A DNA stretch of 63,908 bases, counting the filler, from Octopus bimaculoides (lineage: Eukaryota): the NCBI RefSeq assembly GCF_001194135.2. It is 6 parts of 6 records of this genome, joined end to end, with 100 filler letters (N's around TTAATTAATTAA, not from the genome) between each part and the next. Parts side by side here need not be neighbours in the genome. Positions count along the whole stretch, not along the records: positions 1 to 13,341 come from NC_069003.1; positions 13,442 to 40,182 come from NC_069002.1; 4 more parts are not named here. One strand, written 5' to 3'. A model generated the notes under the pieces. It saw only the letters and a list, made by a program, of their open reading frames with translations, was not told the DNA's origin and did not search any database. How positions within the stretch are numbered: the stretch's first letter is position 1; every line of letters begins with the position of its first letter. The position numbers and the translations under genes were made by a program. This document shows positions 11,530 to 21,535 of this stretch, piece by piece.

Positions 11530-11716
11530 ATGCAGAGAAACCTTTACGAAGAAATGGCAGCAGAATCTCGCTCAAATCAAGGACGGCCCCATTGGATCGC
11601 GATATAGTTGTAGATACGCTGAATTGGGAAACACTCAGAGATGTCATGGTAGGAATGTCTTTGATTATAGGCCTACCTGATTACCGCTGACCTGGGGCGA
11701 AACAACTACAACAAAC
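11530..11716 (+). mobile_element. Family H retroposon 3' part with (CAA)n-type tail
   Basis: AAATGGCAGCAGAATCTCGCTCAAATC...GCTGACCTGGGGCGAAACAACTACAAC; related copies at 18125-18345 and 55950-56165. Confidence 0.6.
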
Positions 11717-11719
11717 ATA

Positions 11720-11938
11720 ATTGATTTCAAATTTTGGTACAAGGCCAGCAGTTTTGGATGAGGTGGGGGGGGGGAGAGTCAATTTCATCGACCCCAGTAT
11801 TTAATTGGTGTTTATCGACCCCGAAATGAGTAAAGGCAAAGTCGACTTCGGCGGAATTTGAACTCAGAACATAAAGCCGGAAGAAATGCCGTTAAGCATT
11901 TTAATTCGGGCAGTAACGATGCAGCCAGCTCACAGCCT
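11720..11938 (-). mobile_element. SINE family A, old copy
   Basis: GGCAAAGTCGACTTCGGCGGAATTTGAACTCAGAAC. Confidence 0.8.
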
Positions 11939-11944
11939 CAACAG

Positions 11945-12048
11945 TCAAAGTCGACCTCGGCGGCATTTGAACTCAGATCGTAAAGCCGGAAGAAACGTTG
12001 GTATGCATTTTGTCCGGAGCCGTAACGATTCTGCTTGTTCGCTGTCTT
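11945..12048 (-). mobile_element. SINE family A, 5' half
   Basis: CAAAGTCGACCTCGGCGGCATTTGAACTCAG...GTAACGATTCTGC. Confidence 0.8.
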
Positions 12049-12065
12049 TGGAATATGAAATAATC

Positions 12066-12278
12066 TTTTCTATTATCTGCACGAGGTCCCGAAATTTTGG
12101 GGAAGGGGGTGAAATCGATTACATCGATCCCCCAGTGCTCAACTGGTACATATTTTATCGATTCCGAAAGAAAGTCGAAGCCGATCTCAGCAGCATTTGA
12201 AGTCAGATGGTAAAACCGGAAAAAACGTTGCTCGGCATTTTGTCCGGAGCGGCAACGATCCTGCCAAATCGCCGCCTT
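12066..12278 (-). mobile_element. SINE family A, old full-length copy
   Basis: Ends CAACGATCCTGCCAAATCGCCGCCTT, the reverse complement of the head. Confidence 0.8.
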
Positions 12279-12316
12279 TGGACTATCAAAGGATATTTAT
12301 TTAACAACTAATACAA

Positions 12317-12530
12317 AACGGTGGGCTGGTAGAATCGTTAGAACGCCGGGCAAAATGTTTAGCGGCTTTACGTTCTAAGTTCAAATTCCACCGAGGGCCG
12401 ACTTTGCCTTTCATCCATTGGAGGTCGCTGAAACAAATACCAGTTGAAAACTAGGGCCGATCTAATCGTCTTACGCATCTCTCCCCCTCCCCCGAAATTG
12501 ATGGCCTTGTGACAAAATTTTAAATCGATA
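12317..12530 (+). mobile_element. SINE family A, inverted relative to 12066-12278
   Basis: GGTGGGCTGGTAGAATCGTTAG head and CCGACTTTGCCTTTCATCC body. Confidence 0.8.
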
Positions 12531-12997
12531 TTTAATAACTAATATAATTCTCATTTAACCCGGCCAGCAACGAGAATAATAGAGAAATATACCTGCGGTT
12601 CTGTCACCACATTGTTATAGAATGTAAAAATAGCTGTTTAGTCACCGACTGCTTGTTTATATTTACACACTACATAGTTATTTCTACGTAACTCCATTCA
12701 ATAAGTATGTTAGTACTCGCTTAACTAATTTCCTTGGTGCAGATGATGCATCGTAATTGTCATATTCATTGCTGTTTTACTAAGTTGTAATAAATAGTGT
12801 GTGTGTGTGTGTGTGTGTGTACATTCATATGCATATGTAAATAACCCGGGAGAAAATATTTGCGAAGATATCATTGACTCTATTATTATCTAGTGTAACA
12901 ATTTAAAAATCAATAGTACAGGCGATTGCAGCCCCCACCCCCAAAGCATTAAATAGCTGAAGGATTAAAATTAATCAAAGGACATAGTGGCTCAAGC

Positions 12998-13341
12998 TAA
13001 ATCCTAGGCGAATTGAGAGTAGTCTATTTATGTTGGGGGCGCGGAATTTCGAAAAAAAATTATAAGAAAAAGCGCCCTAAGTCAAAGAGAGCACACATGT
13101 CAAATTTGGTGAAATTCGGTTGAAAATTGCAGAAGTGGTTCACACAACACACACACACACAACTTGCCTTTTAATATATAAGATCAGACGCGTACCGTTG
13201 CATAGACGTGGTGGGTTCAAATCCTAGGCGAATTGAGAATAGTCTATTTATTTTGGGGACGCGGAATTTCGAGGAAAAATTTATAAGAAAAAGCGCCTTA
13301 AGTCAAAGAGAGCACACATGTCAAATTTGGTGAAATTCGGT
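12998..13341 (+). mobile_element. Tandem units of about 220 bp resembling Helentron/HINE-type 3' ends
   Basis: AAATCCTAGGCGAATTGAG...CATGTCAAATTTGGTGAAATTCGGT at about 12998-13120 and 13218-13341; unit 1 ends (CA)n-AACTTGCCTTTTAATATATAAGAT; unit 2 runs into a gap. Confidence 0.6.
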
Positions 13342-13441
13342 NNNNNNNNNNNNNNNNNNNNNNNNNNNNNNNNNNNNNNNNNNNNTTAATTAATTAANNN
13401 NNNNNNNNNNNNNNNNNNNNNNNNNNNNNNNNNNNNNNNNN
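13342..13441. other. 100-bp assembly gap with TTAATTAATTAA linker (also at 40227, 53674, 59358, 61438)
   Basis: The same 12-mer sits centred in N runs five times; it is an assembly artefact. Confidence 0.95.
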
Positions 13442-14018
13442 ATATATATAATTAAGGGGTCAGCAACAGTTGCTTTACCACATACCGAAATTTAGAAATA
13501 GCAGTTAAAAGAGCGAATTCTACTACTACAATAAGTCTCCAACAGATAGCAATATTTGTAACTCACAAAGGCAAAACAAGAAGAAAAAAACAACGAAACA
13601 AACCAGTCTTAGTCAATCATAGACGCGTTTCTGAATCAGAATAGTAAAAAAATTCATTTCCGTCATCAGTATGATATTCTAGATTATAAATTTGAAAATG
13701 CTGGCAAAAATCATGTATGCTCGATCAGGCAACATCGCGCATCTACATAAAAGAAGCAGCATATCCGAATTTATATAGACGAGTCAGTCCGTATCTATCC
13801 TCAAAAACCATGTGCGTTACAAGCAATACCGCAGAAAATCTACGGTTTATTATCAGGGAGTGAATAATCATTACAGATATAGGGTAAAGGATTATTAATT
13901 TATTAATAAATTAATAATTAATAATTTTTCCAAGTAGTTCGGTATGTAAAAAACCATTATCGGTAAGGAACTTATATAAAAAAAGTTCTTTTAAAATTAT
14001 AAACATAATTAAGGGGTC
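13441..14018 (-). mobile_element. Probable Penelope-like terminal region, family P3
   Basis: Direct repeat ATAATTAAGGGGTC at 13448-13461 and 14005-14018; hammerhead-like motif inside; related sequence near 28205-28275. Confidence 0.45.
13616..13675 (-). ncRNA. Degenerate minimal hammerhead-like motif
   Basis: Minus strand: ATCATA-CTGATGA-C-GGAAAT..GATTCA-GAAA-CGCGTC-TATGAT. 6-bp stem I and ACGCGT palindrome are intact, but the first stem II pair is broken. Confidence 0.45.
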
Positions 14019-14336
14019 TCTCTGTGTAAAGCCCTTAGTGGCCAATAAGGAATTGCATTTCTTGCCGAACAACCACACAGATGATTTGTTTATAAGCTCA
14101 CTCTCTCCATCAGATCGACATTACATGTACAGGTGCACCATGTACCACATGTCAGATGACGAAATGAACACAACGTAATGCCCAGTCTGGAAATCAAACC
14201 GAAGAGAGCGCAATGCCTGCATGCGATCGCTGGACTATATAAAAAGTTATAGCGAAACGGTTCTTGCTTAATTCTTACTTATCTCACTTAAAGAGGAGAA
14301 GGATACATTACAAATGTTTTAATAAAAAGATGGGTT

Positions 14337-14665
14337 TACATTATTTACATTATTTACATTTGACGGATATTCGTCCTCATCTTGTAGTGGTTAAGAGCGC
14401 GGGCTACTAACCCCAAGGTTCCGAGTTCGATTCACGGCAGCGACCTGATTAATAATAATAATAATAATATAATAATAATAATAATAATAATAGTAACATC
14501 GATAGGAATGAGAACCCAGGTTCGAAATTTCCCCAAGACACCTGACGAAGGCTGGAGGGTATATCAGCCGAAACGTTGTGTTAACAACAAACAAGATGAG
14601 GACGAATATCCGTCAAATGTAGATAATGTAAATAATGTAAATAATTCCTCATCTCTTAAATATAG
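14337..14665 (+). mobile_element. Penelope-like terminal module, family P2: inverted arm + tRNA-like head + (AAT)n + hammerhead, with 12-bp TSD
   Basis: TSD AAAAGATGGGTT at 14325-14336 and 14666-14677; 14335-14385 is the reverse complement of 14591-14641 (50/51 matches); homologous to 43855-44145. Confidence 0.85.
14537..14582 (+). ncRNA. Minimal (dimer-type) hammerhead ribozyme motif with intact core
   Basis: Stem I GACAC/GTGTT; core CTGACGA plus an extra A; stem II GGCTG/CAGCC; GAAA; ACGT palindrome; GUU with predicted cut after 14577. Confidence 0.75.
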
Positions 14666-14999
14666 AAAAGATGGGTTGTTGGTCACAGCCAAAACGTCAT
14701 CGATCATAAATCTATTCTAACATGGCTAATCTGGGCAAAACAACGAAACCAAGAACAAATCCAGTCTTGATTTCGTTTCTCCTGCTAATCTTTCAGATAA
14801 TCTATTCTATTCGCTTTATCGTTGCCCGATAAAAACGCCACCACTTAGCTCTTGGAGATTTCTTTACTGGGGCTCACTATGATATGAGTATTCTCACCAG
14901 GCCCTCCACCTCAGATATGAGCCCCTTCCTGACACATACATCTCTTGGAGTCCCTGAAAAATAAAAGGTCACTAATGCTGCCTTACCATGAAGTCACAT

Positions 15000-15001
15000 A
15001 T

Positions 15002-15052
<51 letters not shown>

Positions 15053-15103
15053 GTGTGTATGTGTGTGCGTGTGTGTGCGTGTGTGTGCGTGTGTGTGTGT
15101 GTG

Positions 15104-15178
<75 letters not shown>
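15000..15178. repeat. Compound (TA)n/(TG)n microsatellite
   Basis: Seen directly in the sequence. Confidence 0.95.
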
Positions 15179-15181
<3 letters not shown>

Positions 15182-15761
15182 TGGCATGTATAATTGTTGT
15201 ACATCAGCTGTTGACAATATATCCTGACTTAGCCGATATCTTAAACAATTATCTTATCGAAGCTTAACTTGTTCCACACTTACCTTCAATTTACATATGG
15301 TACTTCTTCTTGCTTCACCTTGTTTCGTCAGAAATCTTTACCTGTTATTCAGCTGTTGCTGAATTATCATACTTCAGATTGCGCTGTCAAACAAATCTAT
15401 CATAATTACATGATAATTACTTCATAATTACATAAATACTTTTGCTTAATTACATCCTAAAGAACCCCGATATCGCAGATTAGAAGTTAATCTTTTATGC
15501 TGAAATATTAAATACACCAAATCAGGTTGAAGACATGCATTTAATTAATGCCGTATTACGTATTCCATTTAATTGGATTTGATAAGCTTACAATATCGAA
15601 AGAACAAGGCTTACGTGGCCGAAGGGTTGAGAAGTTTACTTCGCAAGTATGTGATCTCAAGCGCGATCCTAATGCAAGACATCTTGGGAAAATTTTATAC
15701 ACTTCCTACAATAGATTTATAAATCTTATTAACTTCAGTTTATAGGATCACATTTTCTCTA

Positions 15762-16069
15762 CGACGACGAGGGTCCCAGCTGATAAGATCAACAGAACAG
15801 CTTGCTCGTGAAATTAACGTAAAAGTGACTGAGCAATCCACAGACACATGTACCCCTAATGTAGTTCTCAGGGAGATTCAGCGTGACACATAGCGTGACA
15901 AGGCCGGCCCTTTGAAATACAGGTACTACTCATTTTTGCCAGCTGAGTCGACTGGAGCAACGTGAAATTAAGTGTCTTGCCTAAGGACACAACACGTCGC
16001 CGGGAATTGAACTCACGACCTTCCGATCGGGAGCGGAATACCCTAACCACTAAACCACGCGCCTTCACA
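15762..16069 (-). mobile_element. SINE family C, full length, tail type 2, with perfect 18-bp TSD
   Basis: TSD AGGATCACATTTTCTCTA at 15744-15761 and 16070-16087; head GTGAAGGCGCGTGGTTTAGTGGTTAGGG, B box GAGTTCAATTCC, CORE-like domain. Confidence 0.92.
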
Positions 16070-16329
16070 AGGATCACATTTTCTCTATAGTGTATTGTTT
16101 TGAATTACTTTTTTTTATAAAACCAAAACAATGCGATTAATAAGAAATAATACAAGACGATGTATTGTACTTTCACTTTTTATTTCAGAAGTTGTTAATT
16201 GCTTTTGTTACTAAACGTTTTTCTAAACCACTACCTTCGCATAGGCGGGTTGCTCTGTGTTGTTAGTGGCCCCTCTGGGGTCCGTAATCTCAAAATAATT
16301 GTTTCAAAACTAATTTAAGAAGCAAACAA

Positions 16330-16771
16330 ATATGACGAAACAAGCTTTGTTGAAGAACATAGAAGAGGAGGTGAGAAGTGTTTCAGATAGAGAGGTGCAA
16401 GACGCTGCAGTGCCCTCCACCTACTAACCTCAAATAGAAGGGGAGCCGAGCACACAGCAGGTTCAAATTCTCGCACACAAAATTGCACACACTTCAAAAA
16501 ATAATACTACGAACATTTTTAGTGACATCCCAAACTACGAAGCTGAATTCCCTCCAATTCAGTGGAACATTCCTACTCAAAAGACAACTGATAGCAGCAG
16601 TATCAAGACCGCAGACAACTCCGCCGCCACCACCACTACAACGAATAAACAAAAGACAGCACATAGTGACAGACTCTCGACCACAACCAACTCCACTACC
16701 GCCTCCACTACAACGAATAACATCGTAATAAATGACGACATGAACCAGACTACTTCTTTCGACAGTAGCAA
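16330..16771 (+). mobile_element. Possible LINE ORF1 remnant with a Thr-rich open frame
   Basis: ATG-less frame KNNTTNIFSDIPNYEAEFPPIQW...DSSKK* with an internal repeat (CAACTCC..CCACTACAACGAATAA twice); no diagnostic domain. Confidence 0.25.
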
Positions 16772-16862
16772 GAAGTAAAGTATATTTTTGTATGGATCTG
16801 TTTCAGAAAGGCATGTGTCTAGCTGAGGTGATGGTAGTAGTAGTAGTAGTAGTAGTAGTAGC

Positions 16863-16919
<57 letters not shown>

Positions 16920-16920
16920 T

Positions 16921-17207
16921 TGTTCCTTCTCGAGCCATGCCTGGCTCATAAGGGCCGGTTTCCCGGATTCCTTGGCGTATAGGTTCCCCACCGGTCCATC
17001 GCATGTGAGTTGCTAGACGCAGGAGGAAAGGGTGAGAGAAAGTTGTGGTGAAAGAGTCATCAGAAATTCGCCATTACCTTCTGCCGGGGTCGCGGGGAGC
17101 TTAGGTGTTTCGCTCATAAACACACACATCGCCCGGTCTGAGATTCGAACTCGCGATTCCTCGACCGCGAATCCGCTGCTCTAACCACTAGGCCATATGC
17201 TTCCACA
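16921..17207 (-). mobile_element. SINE family D, full length, embedded in (GTA)n tracts
   Basis: Head TGTGGAAGCATATGGCCTAGTGGTTAGAGC, B box GAGTTCGAATC, tail ..GGCTCGAGAAGGAACAA then (TAC)n; (GTA)n at 16834-16919 and 17208-17258. Confidence 0.85.
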
Positions 17208-17208
17208 A

Positions 17209-17258
<50 letters not shown>

Positions 17259-17807
17259 NNNNNNNNNNNNNNNNNNNNNNNNNNNNNNNNNNNNNNNNNN
17301 NNNNNNNNNNNNNNNNNNNNNNNNNNNNNNNNNNNNNNNNNNNNNNNNNNNNNNNNNNNNNNNNNNNNNNNNNNNNNNNNNNNNNNNNNNNNNNNNNNNN
17401 NNNNNNNNNNNNNNNNNNNNNNNNNNNNNNNNNNNNNNNNNNNNNNNNNNNNNNNNNNNNNNNNNNNNNNNNNNNNNNNNNNNNNNNNNNNNNNNNNNNN
17501 NNNNNNNNNNNNNNNNNNNNNNNNNNNNNNNNNNNNNNNNNNNNNNNNNNNNNNNNNNNNNNNNNNNNNNNNNNNNNNNNNNNNNNNNNNNNNNNNNNNN
17601 NNNNNNNNNNNNNNNNNNNNNNNNNNNNNNNNNNNNNNNNNNNNNNNNNNNNNNNNNNNNNNNNNNNNNNNNNNNNNNNNNNTTTTTTTGTGTGTCTTGA
17701 AGATTTATTCTACAAACCCCCAAAACATGTAAGTTCTTGTTGTAGAAGTGTGACTGGTCAGGTACCAAACTGGACGCAGAATCCAAATCGCCGCTAGTTA
17801 CAAACCC

Positions 17808-18065
17808 TCATTGATCCAATTCTTCACTAATCCTATCTGCAACTGGTGGAAGCCTCCCCTCTTCACGCCACCAGTGTTATCCAAGGGAAAAGCAAAGGCC
17901 GATACAGATTGGCACCTGTAACGTCGCAACTCATTTCTAAAGCTGAGTGAACTGGAGCAACGTGAAATAAAGTGTCTTGCTCAAGAACACAACACGCAGC
18001 CCGGTCCGGCATTCGAACTCACGATCGTAAGCTCGAAGCGTTAACAACTGAGCCATGCGCCTCCA
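17808..18065 (-). mobile_element. SINE family C, tail type 3, 3'-incomplete
   Basis: Aligns to 27658-28005. Confidence 0.8.
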
Positions 18066-18124
18066 TTGTCTCAACCACTCATTAACTTAAAGAAGTAATT
18101 GTCACTATCATGGTTCACTTCACA

Positions 18125-18345
18125 AACGAGGCAGCTTCGATGTCATCGCTTGAAGTACAAGAAATAGCAGCCAAATTTTCACAGTTCCATTCACGAAAAA
18201 GACAAATTGATAAGGATAGTGTGAATGACACCGTATCTCAATAAAAGGTGGACTGGCCATAACTGGATACTTCTAATCGTTGGTCAGTTCAAACAGGGTT
18301 GATACGTGGCGAAACAACAACGGTAACAACAAATAAATAACAACA
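18125..18345 (+). mobile_element. Family H retroposon 3' part
   Basis: GAAATAGCAGCCAAAT...GATACGTGGCGAAACAACAAC. Confidence 0.55.
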
Positions 18346-18362
18346 ACAACAATAATATGTTA

Positions 18363-18538
18363 AAATTTTGGCACAATTCCAGAAGAGTAAATCGATTACA
18401 TCGAACCCAGTGTTCGAAGGGTGATTATTTTCTCGACTCAAAAGCAAAGTCGTCCCTGACAGCATTTGAACTCGGAACGTAAAGACGGGCGACGAAATTT
18501 CACCCGACGTGCTAACGATTCTGCCAGCACGTCGCCTT
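18363..18538 (-). mobile_element. SINE family A, old copy
   Basis: GTGCTAACGATTCTGCCAGCACGTCGCCTT is the reverse complement of the head. Confidence 0.75.
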
Positions 18539-18559
18539 TATAGCAGTAGTTATAATGGT

Positions 18560-18679
18560 TCCTTTTATTTTTCACCAGGGGCAGGTTGAAGGGACAATAC
18601 AAATTCAGATATAAAGTGATGGGGGTTTACATGGTTTACAATAACACAAAGAAGGGAAGCACACACAGTATGCAACAGT

Positions 18680-18721
<42 letters not shown>

Positions 18722-19790
18722 GGATGACAGTGATGTGGTCCTCCTGAAGTGGGAAGACCCCTATGGATAACCGAGTAACCCCACCAATTTTCATTTCTCT
18801 GACTCACAGGTTTACACTTAGAGCAGTATCAATTTACTCTTGCCATTTTTGCAACATTCACCCACCTTTCAATAAATTCACTCGAACACAGCTCCTCCCT
18901 CTCCAGCCTCACGTTCTTTTTCAAGAGAAACTTGAAAAATTCGATGAGGGCTCTACCAAAGATAAATGTCTCTGTCCTCATTCCTTTCAGCCTCGTCCAC
19001 TAGGCCAGGGGTTTTCAAACTGTGGTCCGCGGACTACAGGGGGTCCGTGGACAGCAAATACTTTTTATGGGCAATTTGATTTTATATATGTTTTTTAATC
19101 GAAATCTTTTAATTGACAATAAACCTATTTGTTAAATACTGTTAAATAAATAAATGTAAAAATATATGTTAATTTAAGCAAATATTTATGAATAAATTTC
19201 ATAAGCGTTTATTAGGGGGTCTCTAAGGTAAAGTCTGAAATATAAAGGGGTCCGCAAGTCAAAAAGTTTGAAAACCCCTGCACTAGGCAACCTTTTTTCG
19301 CCACAGCCAACAGGCAAAGAAAAACTGCCTTACCAACCCGATTAAAGGAAATCAGCGGGGTAATTTTCACTATGAAGTCGGCCGATAAACACATCCGCCC
19401 TACACAGACAGCGGCTATTCGACATAACTCCACAAGTTAGCAATACCTGGACATTGAACAGTTTCGTCGCTTTGCGCACACCTTGGGTGAGCCTGTTTGA
19501 CAGCACATCCGTACCTGTAGGGGTACGGATGTGCTATCTCGAACAGGTCACACCCTTCAGTAGTACTGCCAGGCTAAGGACATCTGGAAATTATCCACGG
19601 TAGTCCACGACCAGAATGTCCTCCGGAACAGACTAGCCAGCTCGTTTTCGTCGATACCCAACTTCCCCTAACCCCATTTCTGGATAAGACTGGTCAATCT
19701 CTTCGTTACCTCGTCTCGGTTCTTATCCTGCTGGAGGGCGTGACTGAACATGACCCCAAGCAGTTTAACTTGTCCGGCAGCCGTTCGACG
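18560..19790 (-). mobile_element. Tx1/L1-like LINE 3' end (post-RT and zinc-binding C-terminus plus 3' UTR), interrupted by a hAT MITE
   Basis: VKLLGVMFS..QKW; LASLFRRTF..DNFQMSLAWQ; WTRLKG..RALIEFFKFLLKKNVRLEREEL..FIERWVNVAKMA*; 3' UTR with (TTTC)n and AATAAA near 18565. Confidence 0.75.
19006..19280 (+). mobile_element. hAT (Charlie-like) MITE with 8-bp TSD
   Basis: Perfect 16-bp TIR CAGGGGTTTTCAAACT / AGTTTGAAAACCCCTG; TSD CACTAGGC at 18998-19005 and 19281-19288. Confidence 0.95.
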
Positions 19791-19849
19791 GCTAACAATA
19801 ATAAGAAAAAGAACAACAGCTTAACCTGATCAGCACTAAGACTGTTGCC

Positions 19850-19990
19850 ATATCCATCATTATTACTATCATCATCTTCGTCACAATCATCATCATCATC
19901 ATCATCATCGCTTAACATCACCACCATCACCATCATCATCATCATCATCGTCGTCGTCGTCATCACCATAACCATCGTCATCATCATCAC
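19850..19990. repeat. (CAT)n/(CGT)n/(CAC)n compound microsatellite
   Basis: Seen directly in the sequence. Confidence 0.9.
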
Positions 19991-20139
19991 TTTTTTTATT
20001 TATTCCAATTAAGATTTGTAACCAGTGGTTTGTATAATGATTGGGTTGCTGTAGTGAAGCGACTGAAAATTCCATTAAATCGCCATCTGCTCTTCAACAC
20101 TTCAACTTTCTTCTACCTTTCTTACCCATATACGTGTGC

Positions 20140-20212
<73 letters not shown>

Positions 20213-21280
20213 NNNNNNNNNNNNNNNNNNNNNNNNNNNNNNNNNNNNNNNNNNNNNNNNNNNNNNNNNNNNNNNNNNNNNNNNNNNNNNNNNNNNNNNN
20301 NNNNNNNNNNNNNNNNNNNNNNNNNNNNNNNNNNNNNNNNNNNNNNNNNNNNNNNNNNNNNNNNNNNNNNNNNNNNNNNNNNNNNNNNNNNNNNNNNNNN
20401 NNNNNNNNNNNNNNNNNNNNNNNNNNNNNNNNNNNNNNNNNNNNNNNNNNNNNNNNNNNNNNNNNNNNNNNNNNNNNNNNNNNNNNNNNNNNNNNNNNNN
20501 NNNNNNNNNNNNNNNNNNNNNNNNNNNNNNNNNNNNNNNNNNNNNNNNNNNNNNNNNNNNNNNNNNNNNNNNNNNNNNNNNNNNNNNNNNNNNNNNNNNN
20601 NNNNNNNNNNNNNNNNNNNNNNNNNNNNNNNNNNNNNNNNNNNNNNNNNNNNNNNNNNNNNNNNNNNNNNNNNNNNNNNNNNNNNNNNNNNNNNNNNNNN
20701 NNNNNNNNNNNNNNNNNNNNNNNNNNNNNNNNNNNNNNNNNNNNNNNNNNNNNNNNNNNNNNNNNNNNNNNNNNNNNNNNNNNNNNNNNNNNNNNNNNNN
20801 NNNNNNNNNNNNNNNNNNNNNNNNNNNNNNNNNNNNNNNNNNNNNNNNNNNNNNNNNNNNNNNNNNNNNNNNNNNNNNNNNNNNNNNNNNNNNNNNNNNN
20901 NNNNNNNNNNNNNNNNNNNNNNNNNNNNNNNNNNNNNNNNNNNNNNNNNNNNNNNNNNNNNNNNNNNNNNNNNNNNNNNNNNNNNNNNNNNNNNNNNNNN
21001 NNNNNNNNNNNNNNNNNNNNNNNNNNNNNNNNNNNNNNNNNNNNGATCCATGATCTTGGTAATAGCAATTGTTAGGATGAAGGATTACAACTAAATGAAC
21101 TATCTAAATGAAAAGGATCTTTAATCATTGACCATGGTTCGATAATATAACATTTGTCTCCGTCTAGGATCCTCAAATACTGATGCACTCGTAGCGGAGC
21201 CCATTTCTGTTCGAGAGTGACCAAAGCCGATTTCTTTCAGGGATAAAACAAACAAGAGTTTGTTATATCCCTGTTTTATA

Positions 21281-21352
21281 GGCGCAGGCATGGTAAGAAG
21301 TTTGCTTCTGAGCCACAGGGTCTCGGGTTCATTCCCACTGTGCAGCACATCA
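21281..21352 (+). mobile_element. SINE family B head fragment
   Basis: GGCGCAGGCATGGTAAGAAGTTTGC..GGGTTCATTCCCACTG. Confidence 0.7.
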
Positions 21353-21365
21353 AAGTAGGAGGATG

Positions 21366-21535
21366 AGTGCCTCATACTGAAAGGGCATGTGGCCCATGAG
21401 AAAAATTGTAAGAGGCCAAGTGCCTCATTTCAAGGACATGGTGTCATTTATGGTAAAAGGCTTAGTGCCTCATTGTAAGGACCTTGAGTCCAAAAGAAAT
21501 ATTGGTAAAAGGTTTATCGCCTCAAATTGTAAGTT
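21366..21535 (+). repeat. Degenerate tandem repeat, 45-53 bp period, about 3.5 units
   Basis: AGTGCCTCAT cores at 21366, 21419 and 21464, and ATCGCCTCA at 21516, each preceded by GGTAAAAGG-like sequence from unit 2 onward. Confidence 0.75.

Noticed and set aside
17693-17745. Possible hammerhead CTTGAAGA..CAAAACATGTAAG
   Set aside because: The core and GAAA are both mutated and no stem II forms.
21366-21535. CRISPR-like repeat/spacer appearance
   Set aside because: Repeats are inexact, there are only about 3.5 units, spacers are partly related, no cas genes are present and the context is eukaryotic.
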